Of a stretch of DNA of 64,000 nt, positions 52,666-64,000 are shown piece after piece. This DNA is from Camelus dromedarius (lineage: Eukaryota), in the NCBI RefSeq assembly GCF_036321535.1, contig NC_087437.1, forward strand, positions 102,426,001-102,490,000, in the 5' to 3' direction. The translations under genes and the position numbers were made by a program. The notes beneath the pieces were generated by a model, which saw only the letters and a list, made by a program, of their open reading frames with translations, made no database searches and had not been told where the DNA came from. Positions within the stretch are counted from its first letter, which is position 1. Each line of letters starts with the position of its first letter.

Positions 52666-53999
52666 TAAAAGAATGGTTATTTCAGTGCCTCTATTAAAAG
52701 CTTAAACACATGATTTAACATGTGCTATTTAATTAAGAAAAAAATAAATGAAAAAATAAATAATTAGCACTTAAAATTAAATACAACCTGGTTTCAGAAC
52801 TGCTTCTGTTGCTAAAAAGCTGTGAGACCTGGGAAATCATTTAACGTCTCTGAGACTTGGTATGCTGATCTGCAATGGAGGGGCTAGGAATCACAAATTG
52901 ATCTCTGAGGTCCCCTCAGGCTATGATAAGCTATGATTATATGAAATTAGCAGAGTTTGAATAGAATGAAGTCAATAGAGATAAACATGCCAATTAGTGC
53001 ATGCTAATTCAGACTTCGCTCACACAGGCTTATGTTTAAAAAGACTCACTACAAATAGCAAAGAGTTAGGTAATGATATTACAATTATTCACCACTATGT
53101 TTAACTTAAAGGGAAATATTGCCCAAACCAGATGTTTCAATACATTGTTATATTGAAATCATGAACTCTAGAAAATTGAGGAGAGATGTGGGATTATATA
53201 AAAATTACTTAATACACATTTGTAACAGGAAGATGGTTCTATTGCAGATTTTACGTATAGCTGCATTTATGATGGACCCTCTTTGTCAATTTCATGTTCA
53301 TGTTCTAAACTCTTTTCTGTTAGATAAACATTATAATAGCTATTATGTTTCACTGCTCTGTATTAAAACAGACAGGCATTCTATTAAATAGTAAAATTGT
53401 ATATTAGAATTTGATTACTATTTTAAGTATGTCTATTGCTTTTATAACTTTTTTGAAGTCTCTGGAAAAATCTAGTGATCATTTTCCTAGGAACAAATGA
53501 GAGTTATTTTTTAAATAAAATATTTTTCCTTAATATTAAGGAAAAGATTCTTTTTCAACTATGTCCAACTATAAATTATGATAAATTTGAATAAGAGAGA
53601 AATGTCCATTAAGAAAAGGCTACTAAAATATTTCAGGATTGTTTTTCCTCCCACATGAATGTTGTGCATCTAAAAAAACTGTTTTAGGTTACAAATGTGG
53701 AAACAATGGCAACAAGTACTTTCAATAAATAAAAGATTGACTACTTGAGACGATTTTTAGAGTGATGCCAATTACCTTTAATCCACCTTATAAGATAAAA
53801 AGTTGCATTCTTCCATCTTTCAGCCTTGCTATTTCTTATATGTTCATTTTCCATAAAAGGAGAAAGAGAGCATGTAGGAGTAATAGTTCTGCAAAAAAAG
53901 TCTTAACTTAGAAATATGCAATATAATGTCTGTTTAAATTCCTTTGAGGAGAACACATTGTTGTGTCCACATCTAATTGCAAGGATAACTGGAAAATAA

Positions 54000-55830
54000 T
54001 GCATCTAGACACAGAACTTACACCTTTCACAAAAAATTAACTCAATATGAATCACAGACCTAAATGTAAAATGTAATTCTATAAAGTGTATTCCTAGAAG
54101 TCAACACTGAAGAAGACGTAGGTAACATTGAGTACAGTCTTGATGAAAGATATGTCAAAAGAACAAGAAGAAAATCTGCAGACTGGGAGAAAATATTTGC
54201 AAAAGGGACATATGATAAAGCCCTGTTACTCAAAATTTACAATGAACTCTTAAGACTAAACAGTAAAGAAACAAACACCCCAATTGAAAAAATAGGCCAA
54301 AGACCTTAACTGACATTTCACCAAAGAAGATATACAGATGCTAAATAGGCATGTGAAAAGATGCTCCACATCATATGTCATCAGGGAAATGCAAATAAAA
54401 ACAGTGAGATACACCTGGTAAAACAGCCAATACTCAGAACGCTGACAACCCCAGATACTGGTGAGAATGTGGAGCAGCAGGAACTCTCGTTTATTGCTGG
54501 TAGGGAGGCAAAATGGTACTTTGGAAGACGTTTTGGTGACTTCTTGCAAAGCTAAACATACTCTTAACATGCAATCAGCAATCGTGCCTTTTGGTATTAC
54601 TCAAAAGAGTTGAAAATTTATATCCACACAGAAACCTGAACCTGGATGTTTATAGTAGTTCAATGCGTAATTGCTAAAACTTGAAAGAAACCAAGATTCC
54701 TTAGAGGGTGAATGAAAATAAACTGTGGTCCATTCAGGCAATGGAATACTATTCAGTGAAAAAAAGAAATGAGCTAGCAGCCCATGAAAAGACGTAGAAT
54801 AACCTTAAATATATACTACTAAGTGAAAGAAACCAATCCAAAAAGGCTGCAGACTGTATGATTTCAACTATATGGAGTCTAAAAAAGATGAAACTATTAT
54901 ATATTTAATAAGACTTCTACACTAAAGAGTATAAAATATTTTTAAAGAAGACTTGTAACTTAAGAGATAGTCTACATTGGAAGATTCTATATTATTAAAA
55001 TGTCATTTATCTGCTTTATTCTGTAGTTTCAATTAAATGAGCAAAAAATTGCAGCAGTTTTTATAGTTTTATTTTAGAAATTAACAAAGAATTTTTTAAT
55101 TATAAGGCATGTGAAGGAATAAATTTAGCCAATGTAATTTTTAAAAAAAAAGAATGGAAATACTTGGAAGACATCTAGTATCAGAGTTCATGACTTATTA
55201 TAAAGGTGTGCTAATTAAGAAAGGATGCTAGGAAAGATAATTCTACCAATGGGAAAAATAGCCAGGAAATAAATCTAAACATACAGACTTTTTTTTTTAT
55301 AGAGCTATCAAAGCAATTCAAAATAGTAAAGAGTGTATTTTTAATAAATTGTACTGGAGCATCTGAAAATCCCTAATGGGAAAGATAAAATTTGAAATCC
55401 ATCTCATATCATACACAAGATTAATATGAGTGGAAGAAGTGTCTAAATGTGAAATCTAGAACTCTGAAATGTCTTGAAAAAAAATAAGAGAATATATCTC
55501 TTTGACCAGAGACAAGCAAATATTTCTTTTAAAAAAGACAAAAACAATCTTTTTAAATAATCAGCTGGATTTTATCTAAATCAAAAACTTCTTTTTTGAA
55601 ACAACACTGTAAAGAAAAAGAAACATTTTTTGAAGTCAATCCCTAAAGGGAGAGAAACATTCACAAAACAAATATGCTACATTTGTATGTAACAGTGGAG
55701 TTTAATCTAGAGTATAACAAATCAGTGAGATCAAAAAGAAAGAAAGAAAATCCTACAAAGACCAAAAAAAGGAGTAGGGGGAACTAAAGTCTTGATCAGA
55801 CACTTCACCAAAAAAAATAGACAAAATTGA
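54000..55830 (+). mobile_element. Old L1 (L1MB/MC-like) ORF2 and 3' fragments
   Basis: gactgggagaaaatatttgcaaa...gagcagcaggaactctc...aggctgcagactgtatgatt. Confidence 0.75.
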
Positions 55831-55840
55831 ATTAATTACC

Positions 55841-56155
55841 TGTTTTAGTTTGTTCTGGCTGCTCTAATAAAATAACAAAAATGCTGTAGACTGGGTAATT
55901 TATAAACAGCAGAAATTGTTCCTCACTGTTCTGGAGGCTAGGAAGCCCTAGACATGGCACTGACAGCTTTTGCAGGTGGTGAGAACCTGCTTTCTAAGGG
56001 GCTGTCTTATCACATGGTAGGCGGGCAAGAGGTATCTCTGGGGTGTCGTTTATATGGCTACTCATCTTCCAAAGACCCCATCTTCGAATACCATCATACT
56101 GAGTATTTTGAAATGTGAATTTTGGGGGAGCTGGGGCAAAGCATTCAGCATTAGC
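55841..56155 (-). mobile_element. MLT1A-like MaLR LTR
   Basis: tgttttagtttgttctggctgct...gttctggaggctaggaag...gtgaattttgggg. Confidence 0.8.
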
Positions 56156-56308
56156 TATCTGGGAAATGCAATTTAAAACCACAAAAAATTATTAGTTGCC
56201 TCTTGAGGTAGTCAAGATTCAGAAAGTATATATCATGGAAGACAGTATAAGTAGGGTAGGGAAAAGTGAAGAAGTTCATGAGGGTATTTGGGATTATAGC
56301 CATCAGTT

Positions 56309-56585
56309 CAGTTGACCCTTGAACAGCATGAATTTGAACTTTCAGGTCCAATTTTGCTTGATTTTTTTTTCCAGTAAATATAGAGTTGGCCATCTGTATT
56401 CTCAGGTTTCCCATCAGCAGTTTTCATGAAATGCAGATCAAAATGTTCATCTGCTGTTGGTTGAATCAAGAACATGATACCTGGGAAACAGAGGGCCAAC
56501 TGTGGGACTTGAGCATCAGCGGGATTTGGTACATTCAGGGCTCCTGGATCCAGTCCCCCTTGGATACCTTACCAAGGCAGGACTG
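56309..56585 (-). mobile_element. MER8/Tigger2-like DNA element
   Basis: cagttgacccttgaaca terminus; gggacttgagcatc...ggatacc; opposite orientation to the 13651 copy. Confidence 0.8.
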
Positions 56586-56679
56586 TTCTTAGTGTTTGAG
56601 GGGGCTACTTCAATGAGTGAAAAAGAGAAGACAAATGGATCCCCTAGGTTTTCTGCTTAACAAACAAGTAGATAAAGTT

Positions 56680-59600
56680 GTAAATTAATCTTTTATCTGT
56701 ATAAAATATCCCTTTAGTAACATTTTTACTTTAAAAACTATGCTGTCTGATATTAGTGTAGTCTCTCCGGTTCCTTTTACATTGTTTATGTGGTATTTCC
56801 TTTGCATCTTTTAACTCTTAACCTGTTTGCATGTTTGCATCTCAAATGTCTCCTAAGGAAAGTCTGTAACTGAATCTATAATTAAATCTTGTTATTTTAT
56901 CCAGCCTGACAATATTTGCCTTTTGGATTTGTTACTCCATTCGCATTTTGTTACTAATATGGTTTGATTTACATCTTTTATTTAGCTGTTTTGGTTTTCT
57001 ATATATTGATGGTCTTCTAATTCTATTTATCCTTTTCTGATTTCTTTTGCGTTAAGTGAATATAGTATGGTATAAAATTTTAACTTACTGATTTTAAGGT
57101 ATATTTTGAGTTATTTTCTTAATGGTTGCACTAGGGCTTACATTATGAATCTAACCTTAATAGATGCCAGCTTTATACTTACTTAGTTGCATGGAAATTT
57201 TTACCTAACCAAACTTGGGTCTGCTCACTCAACACACAGCAAAGTTAATCTACTGACACCAAGTTGTGGAGAGAGACGGAACAGCTTTAATTGCAAGGTG
57301 CCCAAAGTGAGGCCAAGAGAGGAGAACAGGCAGCTCATGCTCAAAAGACTCAACTCCCTGATGGCTTTCAGGGAAGGGTTTTTAAAAGTAAGGTGAGGAA
57401 TAGATTTGAGGGGTGCATGATCAGCTCGTGTATATTCTTCTGATTGATTGATGGTGAGGTAAACCAGTGGTATTTCTAGTCTCAACATCATTAACCATCT
57501 GGTCCCAACTGGTTTGGGATCTACATGCTGGGGGTCAGCAGTTCGTCCACCTGATGGGGGTTTAGTATCTGCAAAACAACTCGAGTGTATATCAGGATAT
57601 TATCTATACCCTTGAGGAGGAGCCAAAGGTCCTGGATTTGGTTTTTTGACTAAACCGTTATTATTTTGTCTTGCTTGACTCTTTTCCTTTGTTTCTGTGT
57701 TTTCTCACTTCTCTGATTCATTTCGCTCTTGGGGTCTTAGGGAAGGCTTAGGAGGCTGAAGCTTTTTCTACAAACAAGAGTCAGGGAACACAGAAGTGGG
57801 GAGTCTGTCCCTGGGAAGGCCCCACAGGGTCCTGCTCAGTTTCAAAATGTGAAAATCTTACTTTTACATTGCTCATTTTCTCCTCCACTTTGTATGCTAT
57901 TACTTGTACCCATATTATGTCTGTATTTGATATAAATACATTGTTATAATTATTACTTTATATTATCTTACATATTTTAAAGAAGCTTAGAGAAGAAAGG
58001 AAAGTATATATAAAGTTTGTTTTAAAATAACATTTTTATTTACCATTTCTTGTTTTCTTCATTTCTTGTGGATTTGTTGCTAATTACCTGTTCCGTGTTG
58101 TTTTGTTTTTGTCAAATATATTATATTTATATATATCATGGGTCCAGCAGGACAATGGCATAATAATTGCTTCAAACAATTGCTTTTTAAATTAGTCATG
58201 AGAAGAAAGGAGAAATGTGCAATTATACAGTCTTTTGTAATTACCTACATAATTATCCTTAATGGAACTCATTGTTTTGAATTTCATTCTGATGCCACTT
58301 GCTTTCACCTTGAAGAACTTCCTTTAAAATTTCTTGTAAGGTTTGTCTCTAAGTAATAAATTATTTCTGTTTTCATTTATCTGGAAATATCTTTATTTAC
58401 TATAATTTTGGTAAATTAGTTATAATTAGTATAAGATGGTAACAGAATTTGATTAATGTTTTTTTGTGTTTTTTTTAAATTTGTCACTTTTAATACATTG
58501 TCCCACTACTTCCTAGAATCTATTATTTCTAATAATTCATCAGCTCATTTCTTATTTAGACCCTCATGTAAATAATGGCTTGCTTTTCTTTTGCTTCTTT
58601 CAAGATTTTCTTTTGACTTTTAATATATTAATTATGATGTGTCTGAGTATATATCTTTTTCTGTTTATCTTATTTGTAGTTTGTTGTGCTTAAGTGAGCA
58701 GATGAATCTTTTCATCTGTCTGGAAATGTTTCAGTCATTATCTCCTCAAATTTTTTTCTTTCCATTTCTCTTTCTCTCTCACTTCTCATACCCAATCACA
58801 CATAGGTTATCTGGTTAATGGTGTCCCATATTTCCTTCAGGCATTATTAATTTTTCTTCAATCTTTCTTCTATTGGTTCTTCAATTTGCATAGTCTATAT
58901 TGATCAGTCTTCAGGTTTGCTTTTCTTTTTTTTTTTTCCAGTTTAAAACAGTCATTAAGGTCTTGTTGTGAATTTCTTATTTTGGTTATTGTATTTTTCA
59001 ACTGCAAAATTTCTATTTTGTTGTTTGTAATAATATCTCTGCCTTTATTTATGCTCTATTTGATGACCATTGTATTCATATTTTCCTTATTTTTAAAAAA
59101 CAAGTTTCAAACAAATTTGTGCTAGTTTAAACTCTTTGTGTCCTGATCCACCCTCTGGGCCCCCTCACAGGCATTTTCTACTGCCACTTGTTTTTTTCTT
59201 CCTGCATATGTGTCATGCTTTTATGTTGTTGTTTACTTGCATGACTTGTAGCTTTTTGGTGAGAAGTGGACATTTTAGATAATACAGTGTAGCAACTCTA
59301 GATATTGATTGTCCCTTCCCAGAGGTTGTTTTGTTGTTATTTGCTTAGTCATTTTTTGTTGAGTGATTTTGCTGAACTAATTTTGTGAAGTCACTTTTCC
59401 CTGTATTTGGAAGCTGCTGATATCTCTGTTCAGATGATTTCCCCTCACTTTTGTCTTTTAGGCAGGCTACTTAGGGGTCATCCCTGACTTGGAATAAGCT
59501 GCATTTTACAAAGGTTGTATTTAAGCCCTCTTGGCCACTAAGATTTTATCATTTACTGTTAGATATGTGTGGCTTATTTTGTTCCCAGTTTCAGCCAAAG

Positions 59601-60640
59601 ACCATTAGCTTGGAGGTGCCCTCTCAGATCATTCCTAAGAGAATTTAGCCTTGGATATGCACTCTGTCTTTCAAACTGCCAGAGATGAGAGTGATTTTGT
59701 TTTTAAGTGAGAGTTTTTAAAATTCACCTATAGAAGAAGTTTATTATTCAATCAGTGTTTATTTAGCCGGAGGTTTTCTTTAAACCCCTTGTGTCAGCGG
59801 CTCTTCCCCCATGTGTTGTTAAGTCTGTCTGTGGCCTGAGGATGCTTTCAAGTCTGCTCAGCATCCTGCTGTGATTGCTCCTGAGAGAGTTCAACCGAAT
59901 GTGTATACACAAGCTTCCCGATTCCCAGGGTGACTGTGATCCCAGAAAGCCTATTCTTAGCTTTCTCTTCCCTTCATTCTCTACCAAACTCCTGTTACTC
60001 CACCACTTTGCTTGCATCACAGACCTACCAGCATCCTCTTATCTTCTCTCCAAGATTTTATTTTTTTGACAACACCTTAGACAAGGAGGTCTTCCATTCT
60101 CTGATCCAAATAAAGTCAGCCCCTTCTGACAGAATTTTTTCTGGAGTGACACCCTCCCTCTATGAATTGACATTGGATAGGTGTGGCAACCGCTGGTTTT
60201 CTCAGCTTGCTTCCTCTCCCCCAGAAGAGTGAGTGATTGGGCCCCAGTATTCTTGGTTTGACATGCCTGGGTAAGAATTTCCACCATATAAGTGGGAGCT
60301 GAGTGAGGAAATGGAGGCCCGGTTGTCTCAAATGTGCACCTGCATGGAATAGAGCTTCTGCAGCACGGCACTGGGGCAGTGAGTGAGAAACTCAGGCAGC
60401 CTGCCCCTTCCAGGGTGAAGCCACAACCCCATGGTGATCACTGGGAGGAGGAGCCCGTCTTCTTGGTATTACCTGCCTGCAGGAGGGTAGCCTGTGTACA
60501 GCTTCTGTAACTTGTTAGAGAGTGATGTTAGGATTGAGGTCATGGCTCAAAGGCCATAGAATCTTCCCATTCTTTGAAGAGATTTATTACATTTCCTTGA
60601 AAAAAAATGTTTCTTCACAGTATTTCCTTAGGACAATTTC
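56680..60640 (-). mobile_element. Old L1 5' half (5'UTR, ORF1, ORF2 start) interrupted by an LTR
   Basis: T-rich antisense ORF1 motifs (ttcaagattttc, ttcagtcattatctcctcaaa). Confidence 0.65.
57199..57844 (-). mobile_element. Solo ERV1 LTR (MER34/LTR39-like)
   Basis: Ends t(t)ttacc...ctcagtttca, perfect 4-bp TSD AAAT; right end resembles that of the 38047 LTR. Confidence 0.85.
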
Positions 60641-60853
60641 AGACAAGTTTCTAATTATCATAGTTGGGTCAAATAAAATTTATTTTAAAATATATAGTAT
60701 TTTTTAGCTTAAATTGTACTTTTCACAAACCTGATTTCTTTTAATTTTCACAGCCTGCTAAGGTTCCGTATTATAGCTTAAGAGGGAGAAACTAAGGATC
60801 AAAAAGGCTGAACATTTTGAAATGATTGGACAAAATTAGAATCAGAGGTAAAT

Positions 60854-61466
60854 GCAGCATTATTCACAATAGCCAAGATATGGAAACAACCTAAGTGTCC
60901 ATCAACACTTGAATGGATAAAAAAGATGTGGTTATATATGTACAATGGAATGTTATCCAGCCATGTGAAAGAAGGAAATCTTGTCATTTGCAACAATGTG
61001 GATGGACCTTGAGGGCATTATGCTAAGTGAAATAAGCCAGACAGAGAAAGACAAATACTGCAGGGTATCACTTATATGTGAAATTTGGAAAAAAAAAAAA
61101 AAAAGAAGTAGAAAAGTGCTTGCCTGGGGGCTGGGGGTGCAGAATAAATAGGGGAAGGGTAATAAAAGGGTATACACTCTCAGCTCTAAGATAAATGAGG
61201 TCTGTATAATGGTGATTATAGCTGATAACACAGTATCATATAACTGAAATTTGCTAAGAGAGTAGAACTTAAATGTTCTCACCAAGAAAAACAAAAGAGA
61301 GAAGTACGTGAGGTGATGGCTATGTTAACTGACTAAATGAGGGAACTCCTTTCACAATGCAAATGCATACGTATATAAAATCACCAGGATGTCCACTTTA
61401 AATATCTTACAATTTTATTTGTCAGTTATTTCTCAATAAAGCTGATTTTTTTTTTTTTTTTAAAGA
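60854..61466 (+). mobile_element. 5'-truncated L1 3' end
   Basis: gcagcattattcacaatagccaag...caataaagctg; degenerate 16-bp TSD (60838-60853/61467-61482). Confidence 0.88.
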
Positions 61467-62458
61467 AAAGTCAGAAGTAAATTTGAAGCCAGGTCTTATG
61501 CCTTTTCCTTGCACTCTGCAGTTAGGCTACTCTTACATTTTGCTCTGAATTATCTGCTTCACACCTCTATCAATAATCTTGAATTCTAGTCTTTTAAAAT
61601 ATTCCTGCCTTCATCCAACTCTGCTCAGTAGGAAATAGTGTGTAAATTGAAATGTTTCTTCCAAAGAAAGCCTGTAAGCGACTAAATTGTTTAGAAATTG
61701 GGGAAATATCTGTTCCCTTGCCTACAAGATCTTATTCCATTTATCAATTCCAATTCTTTAGATCAAATTGAAGGACACATGAAATTCACTGTGAAGTCTG
61801 CAAACCGCAGAACATGTGGCATTTATTTCCTCAGTTTGTTTCAGCACAAAACCTTGAAAATTGCCCTTGTATTCTGAACAGATTTCTAACAGGCATTATT
61901 GCTTTCAACGTGTGTTTAATGTCAAAAAATAAACAAAGATGATTTCCTTGAATAAGTATTCTGATTGTTTGGAAACATCAAAAACATTAACAATTCTTGT
62001 AATGAGTAGAAAACGGTGCATTGTTCTTTTAAACAGAAGCATTTTCTGACATAGGACTATGCCAGATCTCTTTTACATATACTGTGCTTGTATTTTCTGT
62101 AAGTCAGTATTGTGCATGTGAAGTCTTTGTTATTGCATGTGAATTACTTTATATCTAAATGAAGTTCCAAAGAAAATAGCCAATGATGTCAAAGGATCAG
62201 AAGAGAAAATAGATTTCCATTTCCTGGAAATTCTATTTCCCCCAAATCTCATCTCTGCAGAGTCTACAAATTCCTCTTCCCCAGATTAAATCTGTTTTCA
62301 GACATTAAACTCCAGAATGCTCCAGAATTAGAGCATTATTGTCCGTCCTAAATGGTACTCTGAAGTGGGTATAATTGATTTTTCTGTCTTGGTTAAAAAA
62401 ACAGGCATCCATCAAAGAAAATGAAGGTGAACGAGTGGCATGATTTGACTTTCTGCAA

Positions 62459-62578
62459 TTTTTTTTTTAATTAAAATATAGTTAGTTGATTTACAGTGTT
62501 GTGTTAGTTTCTGGTGTACAACATAATGATTCAGTTATACATATACGTATGTATTCTTTTTCAGATTCTTTTTTCCAT
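62459..62578 (-). mobile_element. Short L1 3' terminus
   Basis: Poly(T), then gttgatttacagtgttgtgttagtttctggtgtaca. Confidence 0.8.
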
Positions 62579-63185
62579 TTAATGATCAGGAGCTCATTCT
62601 GACTGCATGCTTCATATAGTTCCAGAATAAAGCTCATTCAACTTTCTAATCCTTTGCACTTCTAAATGCTATTTAATCCTCAAATTTCTTGACCATATCC
62701 ACAAAAGCAAACTCTATAAATTTAACGGTAGTATTGGAAGTTGAGGGATCCAAAGAGCCTGTGAACAGACTGACATATCATCAAAAAAACCCTGTTATTT
62801 ATGCAGCAATTCTGGGGGACTCTTTGGCCTGACTACTAACTTTAAAATATCATCCCACTGTAGCAGGATGTTACAGAAACAAAAATGATAAAAAAATGCC
62901 ATGAAAATATTGCCTTAAATTTATTCAGACATTTAGAAAATTATAAGTGATCTTTGAAACATTAGATTTTTTTGGAGAAAATTCCTTTGTACACATAATT
63001 CATAAATCAGTATATCTGGCTAGTAGTATGTAAGGTCATGTCAAAAAATAAAAGGTAGTACATGATATTGTATATTAATAATTCCAAATAACAATGAATA
63101 ATTATAAATTAAAGGTTATTATTTAAAAGTGAAAGCAAATTGGAAACCACTCACTGCAGGCCTATTAATACAAGTCTGATGGTAA

Positions 63186-63186
<1 letters not shown>

Positions 63187-63229
<43 letters not shown>
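63187..63229. repeat. (TG)n microsatellite
   Basis: About 20 TG units with one interruption. Confidence 0.95.
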
Positions 63230-63232
<3 letters not shown>

Positions 63233-64000
63233 AAATTCCTGAATACTCTAGCATATGACAGTCAAATTTATATCATAAATCATTGTGCAAGTTCTAGTTA
63301 TAACCTCTACAATCTTTTTATAAATTCATTTTCTACATGAAAATTTCTCAGATGATCAACATGTCATTATATTCCTTAAGATAAATGTCATTAGTCTTTA
63401 CTAACATGTTTTAAACTAATTTATAATTGATGATACTATTCTTTACAAACTTTATAAACTAGTAAGTGGTTAAATACTGTTTTTTTACTTTGAAGATATG
63501 ATAAACAGAATTCTATTTTAAAAAGAAGAAATGAAGTAAGCAGGCAACAGTTCTTCAAATATTTGTGGAAATTACAAATAACAGATTTTCCAAAAAGTGC
63601 ATTTTAAGTGACATAGTACTACTTATATGTTAACCTGATTGCATACGGAAACCAACAGTAATCTTAAATATTTTAAATGTAACTATTACACTTAAATAGG
63701 ACATGACTGTTTTAAATAATATGTCTAAAAGACTGCATAGTTGGGAATTAAACTGAGTTTTGAATCAAAACCTTTCTTTCAAAACATTAACATTTGTGTT
63801 TATCTAACCAAAATAAAAGTAATAAATGGTCATTTAAAAAGTAAAATATCTAGAATACATAAAGTGAAAAATAACAGATTCCTTAATTTTAAAAATCTTC
63901 CATATACTTATCTTAGTTTATAAGATATTTACCGCCTTAAATTAAGCATAGATATTTGTAAGAAAAGTTATGGACTGTATACCTGAGTGTCTCTGTGTTG

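Noticed and set aside
59763..60371. Cluster of 64-110 aa ORFs
   Set aside because: They lie in a GC-richer old L1 5'UTR-like region
1..64000. CRISPR array, operon, CpG-island promoter or novel gene system
   Set aside because: The DNA is CpG-depleted, repeat-rich and mammalian, with no repeat-spacer array, CpG island or multi-exon reading frame found

Overview
AT-rich mammalian non-coding DNA (intergenic or deep intronic). It is most likely camelid: there is a Vic-1-like tRNA-Ala SINE and cetartiodactyl-type L1 3' ends, and I saw no Alu, B1, Bov-A or PRE1 elements. I find no supportable host protein-coding gene; the only long ORF (220 aa) is the C-terminus of L1 ORF2. Roughly half the window is transposable-element debris: a 3'-truncated ERV1-class provirus with gag/pro relics and two nested solo LTRs, further solo LTRs (three with 4-bp TSDs), MaLR LTRs, L1s of several ages, MER8/MER3/MER5 DNA elements, MIR/L2 and microsatellites. 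I do not see a novel biological system. The most unusual features are rearrangement scars: (1) two inverted copies of the same internally deleted L1 fragment, sharing both junction and outer endpoint, bracket a ~10.8-kb segment (41207-52029), as expected for a staggered-break inversion; (2) a 38-bp templated insertion copied from 1.7 kb away; (3) an L1 endonuclease-start snippet replacing a G-rich L1 3'UTR tract; (4) a 28-bp-arm fold-back beside a (TA)n tract. Repeat family names are recalled from consensus sequences, not from a search, and boundaries without TSDs are approximate.
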